The translations under genes were made by a program, and so were the position numbers. A DNA stretch of 64,000 nt from Amphiscolops sp. MND2022 (lineage: Eukaryota), in assembly GCA_964187785.1 (NCBI GenBank), contig OZ076409.1, positions 93,622,001 through 93,686,000 on the forward strand, written 5' to 3'. Below the pieces are notes generated by a model. It did no database searches, had not been told where the DNA came from, and saw only the letters and a program-made list of their open reading frames with translations. Positions within the stretch are counted from its first letter, which is position 1. Every line of letters starts with the position of its first letter. Positions 48,485-61,375 of this stretch are shown here, piece after piece.

Positions 48485-50234
48485 TCTCTCAGGAGCATCG
48501 CGTTCGGATTCTGCTTCATTGATGATGTAATTGCGAGCTTCACCTTCAAGGTGACCAATGATGCTCCAAGCCTGGTCCTCGGCCGAGACCTTGGTTTAAT
48601 TCTCTTCAAATATCTCTGCATAATCAGGATCCACCCATCAGTAGATCCGTCTTTAGAGCCACGATACACATTGGGTCTCGCCTGAGCCAAGTCTCTCCCC
48701 GCGAGCAAAGGCGCCAACTCTTTTGACATCGCCTTAGATATGGCAGCCGTGAATCTCAGCTGTTCAGGGGATATGGCTTCTCCTTCTTCGACCTTAGCCT
48801 TCACCTCACGTGTCCTATCGTGACTACCATGCGTGGCTTGCATTGATAGGTCTGCGATCTCAGCCTTCTTGCGAGTGCTGCTCGCACAGGGAGTGCCCGA
48901 GGGCAGTGTCCGTGATCAGCTGAAAAGTCTGCTGTGAGGTATAAGGAGTCTGGTCCCGACATCGAAATGGGGGCTCTTGTGAACGCTGCTCCCTCGGTTT
49001 GAGAACCTAGTGTTGCCTTGGTACTGGATAAATCAACTTCAACCGAAGAATCAAGATAGATTGTTGACATCGGATCCACGCCTTGGTCGCGAGTGGTGCC
49101 CTGGGCTGCGGAGGGCATTGATGATTCTGCCGAGTCGTGGTGTCCTCTCATCTGCACTCGTGCAGGCTTGCGCTCCGCGTCGGGCGTGGCTAGCACCAAA
49201 TTTCCGGCTGCTCCTCCATCTTTTCTGGTCGCAGGCACCACCGGCCTGGAAGTGCTGGGCTTCAATGCGCTCGGCAGTTCCGATTTCACTGCTTGGCTCG
49301 GGTATGTTGGTTCCGAGACACGGACTGGGCCTCCGTCCCGCACACCTCCACTTGCACTGGGCTGCCGCGGGAGTGACCTTTCGCGCCTCATGACGTCGAT
49401 AGCGTTGAGTACCGTATGCATTTAGTTGCTCAAATCATTGATCTGCGTCTCCACGCGCAACTCACGAGCCATCAACATGTCATTCATCACGCCCATCCGA
49501 TGACCTAATGTGTCTACTCGAGCATTCTGTACGTTCTGCGCGGTACGCAACTGATCACTGACTTGCAGGCCTTCTCGCATTGTCGTCTGCATCACTTCAT
49601 TATTTTCCACGATGGCGAGGTGTTGCTCATTGCACTCAGCACGAGTGCTGGCCAGACCTGCTAAAGCCTGTTGGGTTTCGGCTTGGGCATCCAATAACGC
49701 TGCCTTGTACACCGAAGACCGTTGCGACGAGGCCAATGAACCAGTCATGCTCCTAACACGGGACACCTCCTAACGACGCTCGCCTGCATTCAGCATGGGT
49801 GGTCGAACCTTTTTGTGCATTCCGTAGGCACAGACCCGAATAGGTCCTCGAGTGGTCCCGAATCCTTGCGGTCTCGCGTAACTCATACCTCCCACGTGAG
49901 TGAGGTCCTGCTCCATGTCGGTCTGTGAACCGGGTTGTACCTCTTCAGTTGGGGGTGCGCGCGAGCACCCTTCCTCAGCCACAAGTTCGTTGGTTACGTT
50001 CGAATTGGGCCAACCCTCCTCCACTTCATTTGTTCTATCGCGGCAGGTCTCGTCAACCCATTGCTCGGTTCGACGCGAATTTTCGGAGACACTAGAATTC
50101 TCGGAGGGAGGGACCATAGCGGCCAACTCCTCCTTTCGTTGTTGTGCAATAGTGACCTCATCAGACATGTCGTCTGAAAAACGCGAACTATCCACTGTGA
50201 CCCACGATTGTGAACATGCATTGGGCACCGCCAT
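48373..50234 (-). pseudogene. gag: Gag N-terminal region (acidic, coiled-coil, capsid start), interrupted
   Basis: ORFs 49770-50249, 49422-49766 and 48801-49421 share a frame split by TAG/TAA; 48373-48843 has capsid-type PNVYRG...DGW...YL motif. Confidence 0.75.
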
Positions 50235-50438
50235 TAGTTCAGTGGCCAATACGCTTATTTTTAGCGATCGAGCAACCGCTAACGATTGCTCGGAGGACTC
50301 GGGTTAGGTTGCCGAAAGCGCCAGGGTCTTCAATTGGGGGCTGACCCCTTGGTCGTCTCGGTGAACTATTAAGGAAATTAATATTATTTAACGTCCAAGA
50401 GTTTTCGAAATGCGTTCTAGGGCTCGTAGGCAGTTCAA

Positions 50439-50934
50439 ATTTGCACAGCGCTTTCCCACAAGCACGCTGGGCCAGAAAATCAACCTGGTTTGGGGCAGCA
50501 AATACCCAGTCACTCATATGAGGATTTTTAAAGAATTTTTGGATTTTCCAAAAATCGCACTACAACACCCAAGAGGCTCGTGTGTGCACTGAAAGCACTG
50601 TATCAAACCCAAAATTGACCAGCAGATCTTGGGTACACGTAGGTTTACGAAAATGAATACAGTTTTGAGCTGCGCCCCTTCTGTGCACATTTGCACAGCG
50701 CTTTCCCACAAGCACGCTGGGCCAGAAAATCAACCTGGTTTGGGCCAGCAAATCCCCAGTCACTCACAGGAGGATTTTTAAAGAACTTTTTTGGGTTTTC
50801 CAAAAATCGCACTACAACACCCAAGAGGCTCGTGTGTGCACTGGAAGCTCTGTATCAAACCCAAAACTGACCAGCAGATCTTGGGTACACGTAGGTTTAC
50901 GAAAATGAACACAGTTTTGAGCTGCGCCCCTTCT
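50439..50934. repeat. ~250-bp tandem duplication in the leader
   Basis: atttgcacagcgctttcccacaagcacgctggg at 50439 and 50689. Confidence 0.95.
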
Positions 50935-52987
50935 ACACAGTTTCACCTAGGTACAGACGTGCGGTACCACTATGTACCAAAATACACTGTTTTTCACGTC
51001 TTTTTCAAGATTGCGGTCCACTGGAAAAGCTGGCAACCTCCAATTCTCTGCAGCAACGTAGGAACTAGCACAGGTTACGATGGTGGGCTGCAATATAGCC
51101 CCACCCGTCGGCTAAGGTGCCCGGGTTACTTGGAAAAACTAAGAAAAAACTGCCTTTTTGCGCACTTTTTTGGGCGCCGCGTTTTTCCTATTTTCTCGAC
51201 AAGTATCACACAGTTCGGCACCAAACTTGGTAGAGTTTGCCAGGGGGCACCTACAAGGCCACTGATATGGTCGAATTGAAGCGCGAGCACTTATTTGAGG
51301 TTTCGACCCACTATGTACGTTGTACACGAAAAACACTGTTATTGACAACTTTTTTCACAAATTGGTCAAGAGGATTACCTCGGAAAGTGATACGGCGGGC
51401 AAAATGGGACCTACGTGTTGCCCCACTATCCGTAGCACTGGGATGAACCCTCAATTGGTTGTGCTCGTTAGGTATAAGGCACTGACAGTCCTGCAGTTTT
51501 GGATTTTTTCGGTCCTCTGACGCTTCTCTGAAGTCGAAACGTCAGAGAGCTTTTCTCGACTTTGGTGACCGATACGCTCACCAACTTTTCGGCACTAACG
51601 TTAAATTTTGTGGTGGTTGCGAAAAGGCAACCGCTTTTTGGCTAGGGTTCAGGGATTTATGACCCGACCCTAACTCAGAGACAGTCCGATTTTGTGGAAA
51701 ATTGATCAAATTCAGTGCGTTTTTCCACTTTTCTCAACACTGAATGGGAATTTTTACACGCGATTTTTACCACCACGCGTTGTTTTTGCTACTAAAATTG
51801 AAAATGAGAGCGCTCAAGCCCGCTCTCTTCAAATAAGCTTTGCTCCCGAGACTTTCTGATAATACACTTTCTATGCTCGAAAATGCCGAAAATCACAAGT
51901 TTTTCGCACTGTGTCAGCCCCAGGCTGCCTGAGTCCGCTACAAAAGTTGCAGTTAGTATCCTGAGGGTCAACTACACTTAGGGCAATGCCGTACACTGCT
52001 ATTTTGCACTTCCATACTCGTGTACGTTCATATTTTGAGTGCCTTTTTGGCCAAATTTCCACTTTTTCCATACTTTTTCGCACCAAGTCGGCACTTTTAT
52101 CACAACCAAAGGCTACAACTCCGCCCTTCGTGCCTCGTGCCGGCTTTCTCGAGCCTTGCAGCTGCTTTTTCAAAACTTTCCACCAAGTTTTCCTGGCTTC
52201 TTTGAGCACTAGTGCTCGAAACCAAGAAAAACACCAAAAAAAACGCAAAAATGAGGTTTTTTTCTCCAAGTGCTATCTTTTTCACAGAAAAGCACTTCAT
52301 AGGGTGTCGTTACATTTGTGGTAGAACGTCACTGACCTGCACCAACGATTCTCCGTCAAAAAAGGTGCACTTTCAAAATTTTCGCCAACCATACTCCATC
52401 TGAGCGACACTTCTGGTCACAAGGGGTGCATCTTCGCCACGTTATTTCTCCACATCCAGACCAGACAGAAACACGCGGGTGGGACCATTAGCACCGTCTG
52501 TCGTTGCACTTGCTTTCCACTAAAAACCATGCCTCTAGGACGTCTCCACGAGAAATGGGAACAGGAAGAAGGCAACACACAATTTGTCCCCTCTTTCGCC
52601 TCGCTGGACTATGGTCAACCATCCATCCGTTACCCTCTTGCATGGCATAAAATGGCTGAAAATAGCTCAAAAAACCTGTTAGACAACCGTAGCCACGTGC
52701 TACGGTCCTCTATACCTGCGAAAAGGTACCCGCTGATGGGTATACAACACATCACACAAAAAGAGCGATTTCCTTCAAAAATGCCCAAAAATACCATTTT
52801 CGCACCTGAAAACACGATTTCTTCGGCATTTTCTCTGGTTCAACGCCTCTCCCAGTTCCAGTAAGACGTAATACGACTAAAAAAGGTAAAACTCTGCTTC
52901 TCTCCTTTCCAGAGTCGAAACGGGCTTGGCGCTGATCACCAGGGTGCCAGATCTTTTAAAAACCGCTAGGGAAAGTTTCCCAAGACG

Positions 52988-53005
52988 ATCCCTCTGTGGT
53001 CGCCA
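52988..53005 (-). promoter_or_regulatory. Primer-binding site, tRNA-Arg(TCG)-like
   Basis: TGGCGACCACAGAGGGAT is complementary to a ...UCCCUCUGUGGUCGCCA tRNA end; tRNA identity from recalled metazoan Arg-TCG 3' ends. Confidence 0.75.
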
Positions 53006-53020
53006 AAAAATGAGTTTCTA

Positions 53021-53762
53021 TGTAACGATAAGCGCTGGCGCTTGAACCGCAACTTAGAGTGGAGGAACTAGAACAGCGAATATATTCTGGGACCTAGATC
53101 TCCGCGGCTCTAGCTCATTTTCCCTCCGAAGGAGCCAGTCCCAATTTGGGGGAACCGTCTTGTTGGATACTCTCTGGCCTGGTCCTAGTCTGTAACTGCT
53201 GAAAGTAACAGGCATCTTGCATGACTCAAGACCACTGCTCAACTAGCCTTTAAAAATGGGGCTGAAAATCGGTGAAGGTTGAACCGTAGTATTGGAGAAT
53301 CTGATAAAATCGCTAAACTGGATAAACAGATGTTAAATAACAGCTCTCGAGCATATCAATTTATCGCATTGAAAAATACAACAAGAAATCAAGAGTTCAG
53401 AGTCATTTGATGAAAATTGACCTCGGCTTCCCAGCGCTAGCGCTAGTTGCCACACAGGATACCGCAGAAATACTCAGGCGAACATCTGGAACACTGGTTT
53501 TCTCTACTGTAGTAACGGCAATCTCCTAGAGATGGACACTATACCGTGTTCTGTATACGCTGGGGACGTCTCTCTAGTCGTCTCCGGTTCTCGTTCATCG
53601 CGGGCGGCGATTTCTGATTTTCTGGGGTGCTTTTTTGGCAGGTACTTCATCTTGAGCATGTTTGAGTGCCACGTCAAATTTGAACGAATTTTTGACAAAA
53701 TTTCTGAACATGTCAAAGTTGCAAAATCGGTTGATATTGCTGTACCAGAGCTTGCCGTTACA
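53021..53762 (-). repeat. 5' LTR (742 bp)
   Basis: Direct repeat of 36100-36840; PBS on its inner side. Confidence 0.97.
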
Positions 53763-54888
53763 AAGATTGTAAGCGCATGAATAAAACGCAGGCAAGTTTT
53801 TGATAAAGCAGAAAAATCAGGGACCCTACATGAAAAATTTTGTACAACTTCCATGCATCTTGGAAAATCTTGTAAGATTTCTCTGCATTTTATGGAAACT
53901 TGGAAAAAGATCCGATAATCCTTGGCAAAAAATTCTAGCAAAAGCAGTCCCTTCGAAATTTCTTTTAAAAATTGATCGACAATTTTTTCATGTTCTTAGT
54001 TTTCAAAAAGTACCGTATTTTAGATTTTTATTCGAAAGTTGAAATTATTACGAACTCTTACCAATTTGTTTCGTCTCACTAGCACGCGTCAATAATTTTG
54101 TTCATGTCTTTTCATTTTGCCCGCAACATCTTGAAGAATTTCCCGCGGTAACTGTCTTTTAAATCCTAGCTCTTGCTGGAAAATTCCGACAAAATTTGAT
54201 GAAAACTTAGATAATACCTTCAATAATTATTGAGCCAGGAAAGATAATAGTGAGCATGAAAAGTTTGAAAAATTATCCAAGAAAAAATTGAAATCAAAAC
54301 AAAACCAGGGTACACTCCACTATCTTACAAAATACATTAACTCAACAGTTTTTCCACTCTTCGTGACTGCGGATTTCAGAGTTTAGTCGAGGCTGCAAAA
54401 TTCACAACTCTTGCAAAAATCTTACAAGAATTCTTGTAAGATCTTGTAAGAAAATGCATTTTTAGAATTTAACTCTTGCAAAAATCTTGCAAGAATTGCA
54501 TTTTTCTGCACAGAATGTTACAAAAAATGCATAAATCTGACAAACGTCTTACAAAAATTGAATTTCTTCCCCAAAAAACTTTGAACGGCAGCAGAAAAGA
54601 AAAATGTTACAAACGCCCATTGTAAAGTTAAGCTATTCTAGAGGAACAACTCTTCCTTCTAGGAAAGGAAGGAATTCCTTAAATTGACGGCATTTTTGGA
54701 TATTTTAGATCTTTTCACTTCAAATTCTCTAGGTTCAAGCTTTGCCATCACGATCTAAAACAGCTGTGAAAAACTTCAATCACATAAGCACGTCACAATT
54801 AAATATATATTCATATGAAACAAGTAGCTGAATAAAAAAGATGAAAAATTTGAGTCAGAAAAACATCGATGTCGGGAGTGTTTCCAGA

Positions 54889-56093
54889 AAACGCGTCATT
54901 TCTTCGGGAAACATTTCTTTCTTGGGTTCCACGAGGCAAACTGAGATGTCGAAACAAGCAGATCCACCATGGAGCAAAACCTTTGGAACGGCACCGTAAA
55001 AAGGAAATTCAAAGGAAACACTATATTGAATGTTTGATCCGTTTTAGGACCCATAAAAAACCACGTCTTTTTTCACGCAATTCTTTTTTGGGTTTTTTGG
55101 GGCAAAATGAGGAGCACTGGAAACCAGCTCGTCCACCAAGGAGAAAAACGTTTTGAAAAGCACCCTTAAAAGACAGAAATCAAAGAAAACACTAAATTGA
55201 ATGTTTGATCTGTTTTGAGATTCATCAAAAAAACGTCATTTCTTCGGCAAAAATACTTTTGAGCTTTATGGCGCAAACTGAGGAACAGTGCAAACCAACA
55301 GGTCCACAAAAGTGCAAAACTTATCCAAAAGCACCTGAAAAAGATGGATATCCAAGGAAACACTTTAATGAATGTTTGATCTGTTTTGAGATCCACGTGA
55401 TTCTTTTTGCAGAAATTTCTTTTTTGGGTTATTTAGGGCAAATTGCAATTGCGGAACAGTGGAAAGCAGCAGAGGCACCAAAAAGCCAAACGTATTAAAA
55501 AGCACCAAAAAAAAGCTGGAACCCAAAGACAACACTAAAATGAGAGTTTGAATTCTTTTGGTACCCATCGTAAAGCACGTCATTTTTTCGGAACATTTTC
55601 TTGAAACTTATGGGGCAAACTGAGGAACAGTCGAAACCAGCAGGTCCACAAAAAACAAAACCCATTGAAAAACTCCCTCAAAAAGATGGAATTAAAAGGA
55701 AGCACTATGATAATGTTTGATCTATTTTGAGTTTCATAAAAAAACACGTCATTTATCTGGAGAAAGTCTGTTTTTGGGGTTCAATGGGGCAAATTGAGGA
55801 ACAGTGGAAACCAACAGGTCCAGCAAAGAGTAAAAATCATTCATAAGCTCCTTTAAATGGGTGGAATTCAAAGAAAACCTATAATGAATGTTTGATCTGT
55901 TTCGAGGTCCATCAAAATAAGACGTCATTTCTTCGGCAAACATTTCTTTTTTGAGTTTTATGACGCAAATTGAAGATAAATGGAAACCAGCAGGTCCCCC
56001 AAAGAGCAAAACTTATTGAAAAGCACCTTAAAAAGATGGATGTCAAAGAATACACTTCAATGAAACTTTGATCTGTTTTGAGATCCATCAAAA
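54889..56093. repeat. Diverged ~172-bp satellite, ~7 copies
   Basis: aatgtttgatc-like motif at ~55029, 55200, 55371, 55543, 55712, 55887, 56062; recurrent ggcaaactgaggaacagt. Confidence 0.85.
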
Positions 56094-58106
56094 ATAGTGA
56101 CTTTATTCGTTATTCCAGTGAATTATTCCTCGAAAATTACAGTGTATTATGAAAAATCATCCAGTCAAAAATTTTCTAAAAACTTGTTTTGGTTGATTTC
56201 AAGAAGTCATCAATTTTTTGATTTTTTTTTGGAGTAGCATAAATGAAACACTTCATGAATTGTTAAACTTCATGCATTCAAGAAAGTGGAATCAGTGGCT
56301 GAACGATGGCAATAAGCTCTGAATTTGTGCCTATAGAAAACTGAAATTAGCCAAATATATGATAATTAGTTAAAAACCAGTTCGAAAAGTACTATGTACA
56401 ACTACTACGTTCTCTTTGATGTGCGCTACTTCTATTGACATGGAGACAGTTTGCAGAGTGCATAACAAGAGAAAACCTCTATTATAAAAGTAATGGCAAA
56501 TAAGGCTTCATCAGCTACTTCATGGGATAATTGCAATCACGCGCCTCAGTTAGTTGAATTAGAATTTGAAAAGACTCAATTTTCAGTTGTCAGTACAATT
56601 CCTCGAGTAATCCAGCCACAAAATGTTCGAAAGCATTTTAATCTCGGCAGTACAGCGAAAATTGACAGAAAAAATGACAAAAGTTTCAAATGCCGGTTGT
56701 ACTCGTAGCTGAAGCTTCATTGAAAAACTTTTCAATGGCGACCTACAGTGTTACTAGAGTGGGACAGTAACTTAGCAAACAGTTGCTCAGTCATTGGAAA
56801 AAAGCTGTTTTTGAAACTTATTTTTTGGAATTTTTTTCCAGTTCATTTGTTGCCGGAGGCACGGAAAAATTGTATTTACACAAACCCATCCCAGTTATTC
56901 CAATAAATTGTCGACAAGAAAAACAAACTTTCATTTTCCTGTAAGGTTTTTGTTTTTCGTATTTTTTTATTAAACGAGAAAAAAATCGCTGTCCTCGTTT
57001 GAGGACGAAATCACGGTCGAAAGTACCCAAAATGACGGAAGTTCTAAAAGTTAACCATTTTGACAATTCATCGGCTTTTTTGTAGTCTTCGTAGGCATTT
57101 CTTTGAGTTTTGCTGTAATGAAAAAAAACCACGAACCTCAAAGTTGGAGCAATTGGCTACCCAGTACGCTTTTCAGAGGAAAAACTTGATTGTTTTGGAG
57201 GAGTAATTACAGAAAAGAACACCCAATAAACCAAAAACCAATTGAATCAAATCCAATACGCTTTTTAGAGAAGAAGGCGGTTTGTTTCAAAAGCTTCGAA
57301 AAATGCCTTTTTGTTCTCCAAAATTGGACCGTGTTCAGCAACGATCATACAAGTACTGAAGTTTGATAGGAGTTCTAAGATGGAACAATTATTCAATTAA
57401 GCATGCTTTTCATTAGAATCTCCTACGTTTTTTTATTCTTGAATGCAACAAATTGCCTAATAGAAAAATTTGGAGTATTTTTTTCAATTTTGTGTTTTTT
57501 TGTGCAAAATCCTAGTTTGTTTCTGTAGGTGTGAATATCCACAGAATGTAAAAACAAAAGATATGGCTGGATAATTACTTTCTTCCGATTCAAAGCTTGA
57601 ATGGATTTTTTTAAAAAAAAAAACGAAGAAATTTGCACAGTATTATCGTATTTTGTTTGATGTTTGGACCTTTTCGTGGCTATTCCAAAGAATGAACACA
57701 ATTAAAACCAAAAGTTTTTGGCTACTTAGCAGACGTTTGAAATGAAAGTCTTGCGAAATTTTGTAAAACCAAGGCCTGGAAAATTTAAAACAAAAAAACT
57801 CATATTTTGATGCAATTTTCACTTATTTCTACAATTTTAGGATGTTTCTGTGAGTTGAATATCACAATAATCAAGGAGCAAAAGGTTTGGCTCCTTACTA
57901 TGTGTTCTCAAAAACTGAATAAATTCTTTCACCTCAAAATGACCGTAAGTAATCAACGTTCTCTGTTTCTGAGCATCAAGTTAGAGTGAGCAAATCCTCA
58001 GGTGCGGTATCAGGTCGAACCTGTCTCAACTCAGAATTTTCGGGATTCGATCACCCGCATCATCCCTCGCTTAGTGGATTGGTCACGAGAAAAAGAACGT
58101 TCGAAC

Positions 58107-58455
58107 CAGAGATTTGACACCGCTAATCAGCGATTTAGCTAAGTAGCGGCCGCGCAGAATTTTTTAGCGATTTTATTAGCGATTCAAATTAGCGGCAACT
58201 AATAGATTGTCCAAATTCAAAGTTTCTTCTGAGTATGCCAAGTTTTAGAATGAATTTTGAAAAATTCCAAATCTTACCCTTGTAAAACCTACACAGTATA
58301 AAAAATTCTAGTTTTTTTTCTCGCAAAACTAAATTCTAAAACCTACTTGAAGTTGAACATTTAATAGTTAGCAGGAAAAATTTTTCAGCGAAATAGCGAT
58401 TTTAAAATTAGCGGTTTAGCGATTAGCGAAAAAAAATAGCGATGTCAAAACCCTG
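58107..58455. mobile_element. hAT-type MITE (349 bp)
   Basis: TIRs cagagatttgacaccgcta / tagcgatgtcaaaaccctg; perfect 8-bp TSD gttcgaac (58099-58106, 58456-58463); agcgat subterminal repeats. Confidence 0.88.
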
Positions 58456-59989
58456 GTTCGAACAAAAAATGTGAAGAGCAATTTGCAAGCAGTCACACCT
58501 TTGCAGAGAAAAATGGCATGGTGCTTTTATTAAAAAGTGTTCAGTTGAATCGAAAAGCGCCAAAATTTTCTAATACTGCTTTTTCGTCTCTTATTGGCTT
58601 CTCTTGAGCCTTTAGAATATGCTGTTGCAGCAATATTCCGGTGCGGAAAATGTGCCGCTGAAAAATGGCGTCTTGTATTTCAATTTCTTCCGTGATTTGG
58701 CCGTTTTGCTTTTCGGTTAATCTCCAATTTCCCGGCTAATCACTAGCTCTGTATTGCTGTATTGCGTGGTTTAAATTTTCTCATCAAGGAATCAGCATAT
58801 TGACTCAAAATGCTTAGTTTAGTATTTTGTCCGAAATCAAATACCAAAACATGGAGATTTTTTTCATGCCAACAAATCTAATTTTACGGTGACATGCGAG
58901 TCTACTAAGCTGTTAATCCAATTGCACCCAAACTCAATCTTTCGAGATCATGAATGATGAAATTTCAGGATAATCGTCTCCGATTGTCGTCCGCTTTGAT
59001 TATTCGAAACAGAAAAAAAAAGAATTTTGAGTGAAAGTTTCTGAGCAACCAATTCGGACATTGAACTTTGAAATTTGCTCTGAATACGGATTCAAATGCT
59101 AAATGGATTGCTCTACTTGCCGAAAAGGCGCGCTGTCCAAACTTTTAGTTATTGAATAAATTAGTTTTGAAAACATGCGTCGTTTTTGAAACACAACTGT
59201 CTTTAAAAAATGACTTTCAAACTAAATAATAATTGAACGAGATAAAATTTCGGCGTACGCTTGTCAATTTACAAATATAGCCTGTTTTTGAACAAGTTTT
59301 GAGCATCACGGAACCCCAGGGTATGAAATCCTTGACATTGATCTCGGTTAATTACTGTCTAGACAGTATTTAGCAGAGATTAATGTCTTTATCTATCATC
59401 GATAGACTAGTCATGACATAACATTTTTCCTGGGTTGGTTGAAAACCGTTGCTAGAAATTTTTCATTAGGAATTGAAAAACCGAGTAATTTGCATAAGAA
59501 ATATATGTTGATGAATTCTACGTTGGTTTTTTGGGAAAATTCAAGATAATTTCCGAAAAACGAGTCGTTTACATGTTCACTACTTCAGACTGGTACTGAT
59601 ACACAATATAATATTGAAACGCAGGAAATCATGTTAAAAATTGAGTTAAAATGGTGAATAATGAGATTTTTCGGTACTTTTTCCTCCCCCACACAAACGT
59701 TAGAAATTATATGAAAAACTTATCAAAAATTAACATAAATTAGTAGTTGATTACATGCATTGATGTCAAGTCGTTAAAATAGGGGAATTATTTAGGAAAT
59801 GATAAAAAGGAATTTCAAAAGAATTCATAACGTAAATTTTATTTATTACATGTGGTGGGGGGTTGAAAAGACGCGGTTTCTCTTACATCCTAATCGATCA
59901 TATCAGAGGTAACGGGAATATAAATCATCGGACGCAATGTCGACACACTTGTTCCGTTCCGGTATTTCTTTTTCATTCGGCCAGTTTCG

Positions 59990-60526
59990 TTTTTAGTCGG
60001 CGCTTTTCGAAGAAAAACGCAGACTATAGTAGTGACTTCTTTTTTTTAAGACCAACGAACTGACAGATTTTATAAATTTTATAAGTTGGCACTAAACCGG
60101 CACTAACACTAAATTGTATCACGCTACTTCACTGCCACTTGGCCACTACGGCTTTTTCGAGGTCTGACAAGCAGAATGACATGGGTTTGAGTCCCGCCAT
60201 GACCAAAATTTTTTTGTGCAAATTTTTTTCGGCTTTGTGAGACTTTTTTCGCAAATATCTCCAAAGGGTCCACCCTTCATTTTTTTGTCTATTTTGCAAA
60301 AGAATGGATGTTAAAAAACTTCCAAAGGGCCCCATTTTACATGTTTCGGCACTATGCGACTTACGGGAGACCAAAAAAAAATAAAAAATTTCAAAAAAAA
60401 GTCGGAATTTTTTTTTCAATTTTTCCTCAAACGGGCACTGTAGAAGAGAATACTTGACACTTTGAAGTCCTTTTGTTATTTTTGAGCCTTAGATATGGCG
60501 CCGACTTGGGCCGTTCCCGGCTTGTT
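59990..60526 (+). mobile_element. Helentron/DINE-like non-autonomous element
   Basis: tttttAGTCGGCGC 5' end with adjacent partial inverted repeat; 3' GCGCCGACT, short hairpin, cttgtt; T-rich flanks, no TSD. Confidence 0.62.
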
Positions 60527-60700
60527 TTTTCAATGCCAGACTTGAGTTGATGACTTTTTTGTGTCCAATAGTTGTGTGCACTTCGGGACCACAAAAAACG
60601 AATCGAGACTTTTAAAAGGGCCGCTGAGCTTAGGATACTGTTCGTCATGGGTTAGGACTCAAGCGTAGCCAACATACTACCAAACAAATTTGAAGGTATA

Positions 60701-61375
60701 TCGATAACGTATTGGGAGTTTTTCGATTTCACTTGCAATAGTGAAAATTGCAGTGAAACTTTACGATTTTTGCCGCGGGAAGATTACTGGGTTCTCTAGA
60801 TTTTGTATATTTTACAAAAAGCAGTAAAAAGTTCCAGCAGTCTCAACAAAGGTAGCGGCAACTCAGGCAAAACAAAGAAAATATAGGCAAAAGAGGCAAA
60901 AAATAATCCGGATGGCCATACAATGAAAGTTAGAATGCAGCTTTTTTGTTAAATTTCGAAGAAGAGTTTAAATATTTTTGGTTGCCGACAGATGGTGCTC
61001 ACATGCCCACCTAAAACGTATCGAAAAATCTAAATTAGAATTCAGATTTTTCGATACGTTTTAGGTGGGCATGTGAGCACCATCTGTCGGCAACCAAAAA
61101 ATATTTAAACTCTTCTTCGAAATTTAACAAAAAAGCTGCATTCTAACTTTCATTGTATGGCCATCCGGAATACTTTTTGCCTCTTTTGCCTATATTTTCT
61201 TTGTTTTGCGTGAGTTGCCGCTACCTTTGTTGAGACTGCTAGAACTTTTTACTGCTTTTTGTAAAATATACAAAATCTAGAGAATCCAGTAATCTTCCCG
61301 CGGCAAATATCGTAAAGTTTCACTGCAATTTTCACTATTGCAATTGAAATCGAAAAACTCCCCATACGTTATCGA
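60701..61375. repeat. 675-bp near-perfect palindrome (fold-back)
   Basis: ~335-bp arms with few mismatches, centre aatt-ag-aatt at ~61037. Confidence 0.95.

Larger units (their letters stand above)
36100..53762 (-). mobile_element. Giant (17.66 kb) full-length Ty3/Gypsy LTR retrotransposon with accessory ORFs
   Basis: Two LTRs TGTAACG...CGTTACA, PBS, PPT, Gypsy order PR-RT-RH-IN; flanks ...gaAAG| and |AAGat (AAAG if the terminal A is shared). Confidence 0.97.

Noticed and set aside
37623..50307. Many short plus-strand ORFs within the giant element
   Set aside because: Antisense shadows of GC-richer minus-strand coding sequence.
52986..53005. tRNA gene
   Set aside because: Only the 3'-end-complementary PBS is present; no cloverleaf.
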